In this document: piece by piece, positions 39,509-48,975 of the stretch
Layout: each line of letters begins with the position of its first letter
Numbering within the stretch: position 1 is the first letter of the stretch
Assembly (NCBI GenBank): GCA_965218425.1
Contig: OZ244621.1
Location: 4,320,001-4,384,000 of the forward strand
DNA from: an uncultured Candidatus Binatia bacterium
GTDB lineage: Bacteria > Desulfobacterota > Binatia > UBA9968 > CAXXLF01
DNA: 64,000 bases
Direction of reading: 5' to 3'
Made by a program: the position numbers and the translations under genes
The notes under the pieces: model-generated
Database searches by the model: none
What the model saw: only the letters and a program-made list of their open reading frames with translations
Told to the model about the DNA's origin: nothing

Positions 39509-40522
39509 CTAAGAGTTGCTTTCCGCTTCGAGCTTCACACCCGCCAATTGGGCCAGCGCCCTTTTCACGTAGACCCTGGTCATGCGCTTACGATACCAGT
39601 AGTCTAGATCCGCATTGTCCACTGGGTGGGAAACCCGCATGGAGAGCTCCGCCGCCGCTTCGATGATGCCCCGGTCCATCTTTTTCCCTTCTAACAGCCG
39701 TTGGGCCTCTTCCACCACCTGAGGCGAGGAAGCCACCGCCGTAAGAACAATCCGGGCGGAAACGCACACCCCCTCGGGGTCGAGTTTCATCGCCGCCGCA
39801 ACTCCCAACACGGGAAAGTCAAAGGAACCTCTACGGCGGAGTTTGAGATATACGTTGCGGGTTCCGAACGCTGCACGGGGTATCAGGATTCCCTTCAACA
39901 ACTCATCCCCACCCTTGATCAAAAAACTGATCCCGTCATTTTGATAGAGACCCGAAAGGGGAACTCTTCTCTCCCCATTGGGACTCACCAGGGTAACTTG
40001 AGCACCCAGGCAGCACAAAACCGGCGCAGTGTCCGAGGAAAAAACCGCCAGACAGAGTTTACTCTTGGGTGCCACCAGACAAATGTCTCCATCCTTTTTG
40101 AGACAAAAACCGGCTGCCTGGCGCCAAAAAAATGTTTGATCGTAATAATTACACCGGGTGTCTACAAAAATGTTGCCGCCAATGGTGCCCACGTTGCGAA
40201 GCGGTGGCGTGGACACAGAGTCAGCAGCGTGGGCGAGGGATGGAAAGGTCTTCTGAACCGCCGAGTTCTGCCCCACCGCGGTCAACGTTTCCCCTGCTCC
40301 GATCCACATTCCTTCTTTGGTCCTGGGACGGATCCCCCCCAGTCCAGGAATATCTTTGAGAGAGACCAGATACCTGGGGGTGAACTGTCCACGTTTCATC
40401 TTTGGGTAAACGTCTGTTCCACCCGCCACAGCCATGGCGTCGGTTCCAAGATCCGCAAGAAGGCTTACCGCCTCTTTGACGGACTTTGGCTTTAAATAAC
40501 TGAATTCAGGTAATCGCAGCAT
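39509..40522 (-). CDS. hcrB: 4-hydroxybenzoyl-CoA reductase-like beta subunit (FAD, [4Fe-4S] insertion)
   Basis: AGGTD, RN..TIGGN, and a four-Cys insert DTRCNYY...CLK...C........C typical of HcrB. Confidence 0.82.
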   Translation of the reverse strand: MLRLPEFSYLKPKSVKEAVSLLADLGTDAMAVAGGTDVYPKMKRGQFTPRYLVSLKDIPGLGGIRPRTKEGMWIGAGETLTAVGQNSAVQKTFPSLAHAADSVSTPPLRNVGTIGGNIFVDTRCNYYDQTFFWRQAAGFCLKKDGDICLVAPKSKLCLAVFSSDTAPVLCCLGAQVTLVSPNGERRVPLSGLYQNDGISFLIKGGDELLKGILIPRAAFGTRNVYLKLRRRGSFDFPVLGVAAAMKLDPEGVCVSARIVLTAVASSPQVVEEAQRLLEGKKMDRGIIEAAAELSMRVSHPVDNADLDYWYRKRMTRVYVKRALAQLAGVKLEAESNS

Positions 40523-40528
40523 AGTTCT

Positions 40529-42898
40529 CTAGGCCTTTTGGGGGACCTGAATTCCCCCTTGGGGCGTCCACTTGGTTGGAGCGGGATATTCAAATGACGG
40601 AACCGAGACGGGTTTCAATCTACCTTCGAGGGCCCTTAGCACCTTGTCCGGGGTAATCGGTACTTCATCAATTCTCACTCCAATGGCGTCATAGAGTGCA
40701 TTGGCCACCGCAGGAACCGTCGGTAGTAGCGGACCTTGCCCCGCCTCCTTGGCACCGAAGGGTCCTTCCGGGTCATTGGTCTCCACCAGGATCGTCTCAA
40801 TCTCCGGTGTCTCCAGTGTGGTGGGGCTCTTGTACTCCAGGATGGACGGGATCTTGTGAAGTCCACTTTTGCGAAACACTTGCTCTTCCATCAAAGTTTC
40901 TCCCAATGCCATGTAGACGCTTCCCTCCACCTGCCCTTCCACCAACAACGGATTGAAGGCCCTCCCACAGTCATGGGTGATCCAGACCTTATCAATTTTG
41001 ATCTCCCCCGTCTCGGGATCGCAGTGAAGCTCCACGATGGCTGCCGAAAAACTATAGGCGGGCGTGGGACCAACTCCGGATCCTTTAAAATCGGCCGGAT
41101 GTTTCGGCGGACGGTAGCTTCCCGTTTCTCCGAGAGTACCGAACTTCGCCTCCGCCCTTTGGATACACTCCACGAACTTTATTCCGCGGTCAGGGAAGCT
41201 AACGCTCCTAACCTGCCCTTGCGCCATCTCGAGATCGTCCACGGGTACCTCAAGGACTTCGCCGCCAACCTCAAAAAGTTTTTCCTTCAGCTTCTGACAG
41301 GCTTGAATCGTTGCGTTTCCAGTCATGACCGTAACGCGACTGGAGTAACTGCCCAGGTCCACGGGTGTGAGGTCCGTATCCGCGGTCACCACTCGAATCT
41401 CCGCCGGGTCGACGCCGAACTCTTCAGCCACGGCAAGGGCCAGGATAGAATCGGATCCCTGGCCAATGTCACTGGAACCGCAAAAGATAGTAATCCCGCC
41501 ACCCCGATCCAGTTTGATTTGAACGCCCGAGTGGGGCATGTCGTTCCAGTAAATGGGCAGCCCGGCTCCACTGATGTATGAACTCGCTGCAAAACCGATT
41601 CCATGACCAAAGGGGAGCTTGCCGTATCTCGACTTCCAGCCCGCACGCTCGGCTACTTTTTCTATACACTCCTTGAGCCCGGTGGTGCTTACCCTTAGAC
41701 CGTTTATGGTCACCGTGTTTGGCTGCACTAGTTGTTTCAACCTGAGATCGATTGGATCCATACCCAGTTTCTCCGCGATCTTATCCAGTTGCACTTCCAC
41801 GGCGAAACGCGGTTGAGGCGTGCCATGTCCTCTCTTTGGCCCGCAAGGCGGCTTGTTGGTAAAAACACGGACACCCTCAAACTTGTAGGCTGGGAGTTCG
41901 TAAGTTACCGTCTGAAGGGCCCCCGTATAGTACACGGTTGCAAGGCCGTAGCTGCTGTATCCACCGCCGTCAAGAAATGACTTGAAGTGCATGGCCTGCA
42001 GGGTTCCATCGTTCTTGACCCCCGTTCGAATCCACATCTTGACCGGGTGCCGACCCCTGTGAACATAAAAAGACTCCTCACGGGTCAGGGTGTTTTTCAC
42101 CGGCCTCCCGGTAACCATAGAAAGCTTCGCTGCGCATATCTCATGGGAGAAGGGGTCACTCTTGCCGCCGAATCCTCCCCCCACCGGTGTGGCAATGACC
42201 CGTATGTGGCTCATGGAAAGGCCCAGGACCTTGGATAGCGCCCGGTGAAGATAATGGGGGGTCTGGGTTGAAGACCAGAGGGTCAATTTACCGTCGGAAG
42301 TGTAACGGGCAATGGCACAGTACTGCTCCATGGGAAGGTGCGTGTTGCCTTGATAGAAAAAAGTGTCTTCAAATATTTGATCCGCTTTTTCAAATCCTTT
42401 GCCAACTTCCCCAAATTCGAAGGATACCGCTTTCTGGATATTGGCCCGCCGGACCCAAGTGTGGATCCGGTTGTCCCCCTGTGCCAGCGCTTCCCCTATG
42501 GTGAGAATGGGAGGAAGCACCTCATAGTCCACCTCGATGAGGCCAAGGGCCTGTTCGGCTATTGCCTCGCTGGAAGCTGCAACGGCGGCCACGGGATCGC
42601 CCACGTAGCGGACCTTTTCCGTGACCATGGCCTCTTCGTCCTGGGTGGAAGGCAATATGCCGAACTTCTCCGGCAGATCAACTCCGGTAATGATTCCATA
42701 CACTCCATCCAAGGCCTCCGCCTTGTTGATGTAGATACCGCGTATATTCGCATGGGGATGGGGACTTCGCAGCAGTTTGGCAAACAGCATCCGAGGCAGT
42801 TCAATGTCATCAGCGTACCGGGTTTCACCCGCGCACTTGGCCACGGCATCCACTTTGCGCAGGGGTTTTCCGATGACTGAAAAACCTTTCTGGTTCAC
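40529..42898 (-). CDS. hcrA: 4-hydroxybenzoyl-CoA reductase-like alpha subunit (xanthine oxidase-family Mo subunit)
   Basis: Start re-set to the GTG overlapping the hcrC stop. RSPHPHA, GGGFGGK, RGHG, GQG, SSR, GQVEG, GPFGAKE. Confidence 0.82.
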   Translation of the reverse strand: MNQKGFSVIGKPLRKVDAVAKCAGETRYADDIELPRMLFAKLLRSPHPHANIRGIYINKAEALDGVYGIITGVDLPEKFGILPSTQDEEAMVTEKVRYVGDPVAAVAASSEAIAEQALGLIEVDYEVLPPILTIGEALAQGDNRIHTWVRRANIQKAVSFEFGEVGKGFEKADQIFEDTFFYQGNTHLPMEQYCAIARYTSDGKLTLWSSTQTPHYLHRALSKVLGLSMSHIRVIATPVGGGFGGKSDPFSHEICAAKLSMVTGRPVKNTLTREESFYVHRGRHPVKMWIRTGVKNDGTLQAMHFKSFLDGGGYSSYGLATVYYTGALQTVTYELPAYKFEGVRVFTNKPPCGPKRGHGTPQPRFAVEVQLDKIAEKLGMDPIDLRLKQLVQPNTVTINGLRVSTTGLKECIEKVAERAGWKSRYGKLPFGHGIGFAASSYISGAGLPIYWNDMPHSGVQIKLDRGGGITIFCGSSDIGQGSDSILALAVAEEFGVDPAEIRVVTADTDLTPVDLGSYSSRVTVMTGNATIQACQKLKEKLFEVGGEVLEVPVDDLEMAQGQVRSVSFPDRGIKFVECIQRAEAKFGTLGETGSYRPPKHPADFKGSGVGPTPAYSFSAAIVELHCDPETGEIKIDKVWITHDCGRAFNPLLVEGQVEGSVYMALGETLMEEQVFRKSGLHKIPSILEYKSPTTLETPEIETILVETNDPEGPFGAKEAGQGPLLPTVPAVANALYDAIGVRIDEVPITPDKVLRALEGRLKPVSVPSFEYPAPTKWTPQGGIQVPQKA

Positions 42899-43431
42899 GG
42901 TGCCACTTCCTTGCCCGACGCCATCTCCACCGCATCGAGGATCTTCGTGTAGCCGGTGCAACGACATAGGTTTCCCGAGAGCGCCTCGCGGATCTCGTCG
43001 CGGGTGGGCAGCGGATTCTTGTCTAACAAAGCCTTAGCCACTAGCAGGATCCCCGGGATACAGTAACCACACTGGGTGGCGCCACAATCCGCAAAGGACC
43101 TTTGCAGCGGGTGGGGTTGATCCCGATCCATCATCCCCTCCACGGTGACAATTTCAGCGCCTTCCGACTCTACGCCCAGCACCAGGCAGGAAAGAACGGC
43201 TTGACCGTTCATGAGGACGGTACAGGTGCCGCATTCTCCAAGCTCGCAACCGTGCTTCGTCCCCGTGAGGCCCATATCTTCGCGCAGCACCTCCAAAAGG
43301 GTCTTGTTGGTTTCGCTGGCAATTTCTTTGACCTCACCGTTTACCCTGAGCCGGAGAAGTTGTTTTCTTGAGCCGTCTCCCACAAAAGCACGATGCTTTT
43401 GCAATAATTTTTCCGGCCCCACGGCACTCAT
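42895..43431 (-). CDS. hcrC: 2x[2Fe-2S] subunit (HcrC/CoxS-like)
   Basis: GTKHGCELGECGTCTV, QCGYC, GNLCRCTGY. Confidence 0.88.
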   Translation of the reverse strand: MSAVGPEKLLQKHRAFVGDGSRKQLLRLRVNGEVKEIASETNKTLLEVLREDMGLTGTKHGCELGECGTCTVLMNGQAVLSCLVLGVESEGAEIVTVEGMMDRDQPHPLQRSFADCGATQCGYCIPGILLVAKALLDKNPLPTRDEIREALSGNLCRCTGYTKILDAVEMASGKEVAP

Positions 43432-44702
43432 GGTTTAAAAAACCTCCTGGCCTTGAGTTCAAACCGGGGCAACGTATTGGGCGACACACATTCTACCCTT
43501 ACCCGTAGGCTGAGGCCATTTCTCAACCCATCCTCTGCTTTCGTTACCAAATCGGTTGTGGAACTAACACCCGCCTTTGGCTCAAGGGTGATCTTGATCT
43601 CGGAGAGACCCCCCGACTCCAACACATCCACCCGATATTCTTCGATCTCTGAAAATCCCCTCAGAATCCCCTCCACCGCAGAAGAATAGACGTTGATCCC
43701 GCGGACCACAACCATATCATCCACCCGCCCTAAAACTCCACCCTCCAAGAACATAAATGGTCGACCACATACACAGGGGTGGTAGTTGGGCTGTACCAGG
43801 TCCCCAGTCCTGTAGCGTATCACCGGGCTGCCAAGCCGACCCAGGTTCGTGAGGATCAACTCGCCTCTCTCCCCTTCCGTCACGGCTTCCCCTGTCTCAG
43901 TATTGACTACCTCAGCAATAAACTCATTTTCGTTAACATGGACACCGCCCGGCTGGGGCTCACACTCAAATCCCCAGGCCCCCACCTCCGTGGCACCTGT
44001 GTGGTCGTAACATTTTGCCCCCCAGGCCTCTTCGATTCTCTTCTTTGTGCTTGGAATATTGGCTCCCGGCTCCCCCGCCACCACGACCTTTCTCATTTCC
44101 GAGTCATTTGTCAGGTCCATGCCCGTCTTCTCCGCTTCGGCTGCCATGTGAAGGGCATAGGTGGGGGTACAAACCACAACCGTGGCTTGATAGTCCACGA
44201 TGGCCTGCAACCGCTGCAGGGTTGATTGCCCTCCTCCCGAAATAGCCAGCGCACCCACCTTGCGAGCTCCGTCCCACCCGCTCCAAAACCCGACAAATGG
44301 ACCAAAGGAGAAAGCAAAATAGACTCGATCACCGGCGTGCACACCAGCAGCCAGGAAAACGTCTGCCCAACACCCGGCAAACCAGTTCCACGACTCCTCC
44401 GTGTCGAGCCAATACATGGGGGCCCCGGTGGTTCCGGAGGTGCGGTGCACCTTGATGTAGCGTTCCAAAGGGAAGGTAAGGTCGCTGCCGTAAGGTGGGC
44501 GATGGGCCTGGTCCTGAACCAGTTCCGACTTTGTGGTAAATGGAAACCCCTTAAACACCGCCATCGAATCCGCGTCGGAAAGACCCTGTTCGCCAAGTTT
44601 TTCCTGATAAAAGCGGTTCTTGGGAAGCACCACCTGTAGCATCTGGCGGAGCTTTTGAAGCTGATGTTTCTGAATAAGACTTCGATCCTCGGAGATGTCC
44701 AT
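43428..44702 (-). CDS. paaK: Phenylacetate-CoA ligase family aryl-CoA ligase
   Basis: PFTTK, TSGTTG, CTPTYALH, GEPG, IRYRTGD, GRVDDM, GINVY. Confidence 0.85.
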   Translation of the reverse strand: MDISEDRSLIQKHQLQKLRQMLQVVLPKNRFYQEKLGEQGLSDADSMAVFKGFPFTTKSELVQDQAHRPPYGSDLTFPLERYIKVHRTSGTTGAPMYWLDTEESWNWFAGCWADVFLAAGVHAGDRVYFAFSFGPFVGFWSGWDGARKVGALAISGGGQSTLQRLQAIVDYQATVVVCTPTYALHMAAEAEKTGMDLTNDSEMRKVVVAGEPGANIPSTKKRIEEAWGAKCYDHTGATEVGAWGFECEPQPGGVHVNENEFIAEVVNTETGEAVTEGERGELILTNLGRLGSPVIRYRTGDLVQPNYHPCVCGRPFMFLEGGVLGRVDDMVVVRGINVYSSAVEGILRGFSEIEEYRVDVLESGGLSEIKITLEPKAGVSSTTDLVTKAEDGLRNGLSLRVRVECVSPNTLPRFELKARRFFKP

Positions 44703-44896
44703 TGATCTACCAGGGAACTAAATTGCTTAGATCCTCATCGGCCCCTGCCTACGGCCCTGTTTGGTTCGAGCTACCCGCAAGGATCGTGGGAACAGCACCC
44801 ACCCGCGCGGAAAGGACCCGGCTGCGACCTGTCCTATTCCGATAGACCAACAATTTGGCGCAAAGCTGTGGCAATCGAGGCGCAAGGATAGAAGCA

Positions 44897-45341
44897 GTTA
44901 TTTTTTTGCGGCAACCCCTGAGATAATCAATGCCCACATGAAACTCATCAAAGAGCTGTTTGAGACCGCCATCCACCACTTTGACTGCTTCATCTCCAAC
45001 TAAGGCATCCGCAGGTTGGCCTTAACTTTTTGATAGTCTCTTTCTATACGCCTGATTCTGTGCCAGATTTGTAAAGGCCTTACTCAAAATCCGAATTCGT
45101 TCCGCAGGAACTCCCGGTGGTAGTCCCACTGCGGCCTGAAACGCCTGTGGTGCTACGGCTGCCTTCCACGCTTCCCAAGCGGGACCCCTCTTTTTTTCGC
45201 TGCGCAGCAACTCATCCAACGTCGGCACATTGGGTATAAGGGGCGACCTATGAAATGTACCGTCGGTTTTCAGAATGCCGGTTTGCCAGAGAATCAGCGC
45301 GTTACCCTCTTTTTCCCTAGGCTTAATAATATTTCCATAGT
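44897..45341 (-). pseudogene. 3' remnant of a TctC/Bug solute-binding gene
   Basis: Directly after the tctB stop: LWQTG...PNVPTL.E...LPPGVPAERIRILSKAF, then a stop and indels. The 5' part is absent. Confidence 0.7.
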
Positions 45342-45860
45342 CTAATCGCCCAACAACCCCAGGATAAAGTCCTGAGGAGCGGCAATCACGCCGGCCGGCC
45401 ATGGAATATGCAGTACGTAATGGAACAACCCTAGCAGAAAGACCACGATACCAGCAGTGTAGGCAATAGAGATGGTAAGATCCTCGCGTGCCTGAATCGT
45501 GAGATACAAGAAGACAAAGAGTGGAACCGTAATGATAAACCCCACGAGCCAAATCACGAAAAAGAAGCCGAAGATCCAACCAAATATATTCGTAGCCCGG
45601 GTCACAACAACTGAGATGGGTACTCCCCGGTCCACGGGCAAGTCCATAAAACCTGTGAGGTCATCAGAATCCGTAGTATCGCCGACGCTAAATAGATCCA
45701 TGCCCAGTTGAATGACGCATAGAAGCACTGTTGGGATGCCAACCACCCAGGGGAATAGCCGTGCCTGGTATTGCCATTGGCCGGCGGTATATACGGCAAT
45801 GAAAAAGACCACCAAGAGGACCAAGGTAAGTAAGGCTCCAGGATTTGGTCTAAACCTCAT
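45342..45860 (-). CDS. tctB: Tripartite tricarboxylate transporter small TM subunit
   Basis: Four hydrophobic segments, ARLFPW, LHIPWP. ATGA overlap with tctA. Confidence 0.85.
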   Translation of the reverse strand: MRFRPNPGALLTLVLLVVFFIAVYTAGQWQYQARLFPWVVGIPTVLLCVIQLGMDLFSVGDTTDSDDLTGFMDLPVDRGVPISVVVTRATNIFGWIFGFFFVIWLVGFIITVPLFVFLYLTIQAREDLTISIAYTAGIVVFLLGLFHYVLHIPWPAGVIAAPQDFILGLLGD

Positions 45861-47341
45861 TCGTTCGCCTCCCCTGCCTGCTTCCCCTTCTGCTTGAAAC
45901 CGTAGATGAGGCTAAAGACAATCAACGCGCCAATGACAAGCACGATGGGACGAAGGAGCCACCCGGCGCCATAGCGTGCAATGGATATAAACAGATAGTT
46001 CTCTATGATGCTGCTCAACACCAATCCGAGGATGAGCGGTGGCCTGGGCCAACTGAACCGCTTCATAAACCAACCTAACAATGAAAAGAAAAGAAGCGAC
46101 CAGATATCCCCATAGTGACGAGTGGCTTGAAAGGCGGCAAGAAAGACCATCACAATCACGAGGGGGGTCAACAGATGAATTCTCATTAGAGCAACCTTGG
46201 CAAGCTGGTTGGTTAACAAAAGACAGAGACCCGTGCCAAAGACGTTGGCAATGGCAAGGCTCCATATCATGGTATAGGTCACGTCCAGGTGTTTGGTCAG
46301 CATTGCCGTGCCGGGGGTAAGTCCCTGGATCGTCATGGCCCCCAATAAAAGGGCCATTGAAGCGCTTCCCGGGACCCCGAAAGCGATGGTGGGAATAAGC
46401 GCCCCACCTTCCTTGGCGTTGTTAGCGCTTTCTGGTGCTATGACACCCCTTACGTCACCCTTGCCGAACGACTGTGCCGCTCCTTTTTCCGACTGAATTG
46501 CATGTCCATAGGCGAACCAGTCAACCACCGATGCTCCCAAGCCTGGAGTCGCTCCCACCCAAACCCCAACCACACCGCACCGGAGGGTCAAAAACCAGTT
46601 ACGAAAGACGTCCTTGATGCCCATCATGACGCCCTTGATGCTATCACTGGGGACGTCAGCGATCCGTGTACCTCTTATGGTCAAATCCACAATTTCAGGT
46701 ATGGCAAAGACCCCCAGCGCCACAGGCACAAGAGGCAAACCATCCCACAGGTAGAGCTGGCCAAAGACCCATCGCAAAACACCCGTTTGGGGGTCCATGC
46801 CCACCATGCCGATTGCCAGACCCACGGCCCCTGCAATGAGACCTTTAAAAGGTGCGTTGCCGCTCAAGACCGCCACCATGGAGATCCCCAACATTCCCAT
46901 CATGAAAAATTCAGGCGAACCGAATGCCAAGACAATGGGACGAAGGACAGGGATCGACACCGCCAGAATAATAGCTCCAAAAAGCCCACCTAACATGGAA
47001 GCCATGTAAGCGGCCCCAAAGGCCCTGCCGGCCTCGCCCTTCCTCGCCATGGGATGGCCATCGAGGATGGTGGACTGGGACGCCGCGGTGCCTGGCACCC
47101 CAAACAACACCGAGGGGATAGTATCCGAGGTACTGGTGATTGATATGAGCCCAATCATGAGTGCAAAGGCCATAAACGGATCCATTTCAAAGGTGAAGGG
47201 AAGCATAATGGCTAGACCCACCAGCCCACCCAGGCCGGGGATGGCACCCAAGCCCAAACCCATGAGTACTCCCAGGAAAAGAAACAGCAGACGCATGGGA
47301 ACCATCAGGTTTTCAAAAGCAGTTATGGCTGCCTCTAGCAT
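45857..47341 (-). CDS. tctA: Tripartite tricarboxylate transporter large TM subunit
   Basis: GAIPGLG, GVPG, DGHPM, APESANNA, FGVPGS. Confidence 0.92.
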   Translation of the reverse strand: MLEAAITAFENLMVPMRLLFLFLGVLMGLGLGAIPGLGGLVGLAIMLPFTFEMDPFMAFALMIGLISITSTSDTIPSVLFGVPGTAASQSTILDGHPMARKGEAGRAFGAAYMASMLGGLFGAIILAVSIPVLRPIVLAFGSPEFFMMGMLGISMVAVLSGNAPFKGLIAGAVGLAIGMVGMDPQTGVLRWVFGQLYLWDGLPLVPVALGVFAIPEIVDLTIRGTRIADVPSDSIKGVMMGIKDVFRNWFLTLRCGVVGVWVGATPGLGASVVDWFAYGHAIQSEKGAAQSFGKGDVRGVIAPESANNAKEGGALIPTIAFGVPGSASMALLLGAMTIQGLTPGTAMLTKHLDVTYTMIWSLAIANVFGTGLCLLLTNQLAKVALMRIHLLTPLVIVMVFLAAFQATRHYGDIWSLLFFSLLGWFMKRFSWPRPPLILGLVLSSIIENYLFISIARYGAGWLLRPIVLVIGALIVFSLIYGFKQKGKQAGEANE

Positions 47342-47615
47342 TTTACCCCCTAGTTATATCAGGACGTTTTCACCTGCTACTTTATAAACTCTCGTGGGTC
47401 GGTAACGACTCCCCCGATTACAGGGGTCCCTGACAGATTAATGTTCGAAAGAACGAGCCGAAATCTCCTCACCCATATTCATGTGACATACCGTTATAAC
47501 GGCTACTCAATGGTGTCAACCCTCACTCCACGGGAAATTCTGCTCTAAAAAAGAAAACGAAAAAACTATGCCTGCTTGACAGGTTTGGCGGAAGCCTGTA
47601 ATCCAAAACGTTATC

Positions 47616-48971
47616 ATGACGCAGGATTTAAGAAGTTTCCTCGACCTCATTAAAAAGAACAACTCCCAGGATCTGCTCACCGTCTCGAAGGAAGTGGATC
47701 CAGCCTACGAGATCACGGCCATCGTCACCAAACTGGAGCGTGAGGCAAAGCGTCGTCCAATCCTGATCTTCGATAAAGTAAAAGGTAGCCGTTTTCCTGT
47801 AGTAACCAACCTCTACGCCAGCCGATCCAGACTGGCCTTGGCCATGAAGACGGCTCCGGAGGAGACACAAAAAGCCTATCTACACGCGCTGGATAAACCC
47901 ATACCGCCCCAGGTGGTCTCAAATGCGCCTGTAAAGGACGTCATCCTGAAGGGCAAGCAGTTGAACCTTCAACAGTTACCTCAAATCATCCATCACGATG
48001 GAGACGCGGGGGCATACATGACCGCGGCGATTTCCTTCGCTACGGATCCCACCGGCAACACAGCCAACTGTGCATACAACCGCCTTATGATCAAAGGTAA
48101 GGATACGACTTCCATCCACCTCACCTCAGCCAAACACCTTTGGGAATTTCATCGCGCCGCTGAAGAAAAAGGCCGACCCCTGCCCGTAGCCTTCGCCATT
48201 GGAGTGCACCCTGCCATCGCACTGGGAGCCCTCGCCAACGGTTCCATTGACGAGGACGAGCGGGGCGTCATGGGGGCGCTGTTGGGAGAGCCCCTCCAAC
48301 TTGTAAAGTGCGAGACCTCGGACCTAATGGTCCCCGCCCATGCAGAAATGGTCATTGAGGCAGAAATTCTGCCAAAGGAACGCACAGCGGAAGGGCCCTT
48401 CGGGGAGTTCACGGGCTACAGTTTGGGCCAGCGTCAGCGGGAGGTGGTAAAGGTTAAGACCGTCACGCACCGAACAAACGCCTTGTTCCACGACATCACC
48501 GTTGCCCATATGGATCACCTGCTTCTTTCCACAATACCCATTGAAGCGAGCCTCTATCGTTCTGTGCGGGCCATTGTCCCAACGGTTAAGGCGGTAAGGG
48601 TACCGGCTCCCTTCACGTGTTACGTCTCCATCGAGCAGCGCGTCTCAGGCCAGGCAAAAAACGCCATCCTTGCGGTGCTTGGCAGCGACATCTATATGAA
48701 GCGTGTGGTGGTGGTGGACCACGACGTGAATCTTTTTAACGATAGAGAGGTGGCCTGGGCCATGGGGACTCGATGCCAACCTGACCGAGATATTAGCATC
48801 ATATCCCGCACTCGAGGTTCGGACCTGGACCCGTCCACCCAGGAAGATGGTTTCACAGCGAAATGGGGGGTGGATGCCACGGCGAAACCCTCTCTTGACA
48901 ACTATACCCCACGCCACCGAATTCCCCCCGATGTGTGGAAGCGCATCAATCTTAAAGATCTAGTAAGCTAA
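47616..48971 (+). CDS. UbiD-family (de)carboxylase (#8)
   Basis: DLRSFL, YNRLM, EGPFGEFTGY, LDPS, GVDAT. Confidence 0.93.
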   Translation: MTQDLRSFLDLIKKNNSQDLLTVSKEVDPAYEITAIVTKLEREAKRRPILIFDKVKGSRFPVVTNLYASRSRLALAMKTAPEETQKAYLHALDKPIPPQVVSNAPVKDVILKGKQLNLQQLPQIIHHDGDAGAYMTAAISFATDPTGNTANCAYNRLMIKGKDTTSIHLTSAKHLWEFHRAAEEKGRPLPVAFAIGVHPAIALGALANGSIDEDERGVMGALLGEPLQLVKCETSDLMVPAHAEMVIEAEILPKERTAEGPFGEFTGYSLGQRQREVVKVKTVTHRTNALFHDITVAHMDHLLLSTIPIEASLYRSVRAIVPTVKAVRVPAPFTCYVSIEQRVSGQAKNAILAVLGSDIYMKRVVVVDHDVNLFNDREVAWAMGTRCQPDRDISIISRTRGSDLDPSTQEDGFTAKWGVDATAKPSLDNYTPRHRIPPDVWKRINLKDLVS

Positions 48972-48975
48972 CACC

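Noticed and set aside
40529..43431. Aerobic CO dehydrogenase (coxMSL)
   Set aside because: It lacks the AYxCSFR motif (has PKRGHG), and the FAD subunit carries the Hcr-type Cys insert.
45022..45579. 185-aa ORF as an intact gene
   Set aside because: The first half is an off-frame read of tctB; only the second half is the tctC remnant.
3305..48971. UbiD genes as ubiquinone/menaquinone biosynthesis
   Set aside because: No ubiA, ubiX or mqn genes are adjacent, and all contexts are catabolic.
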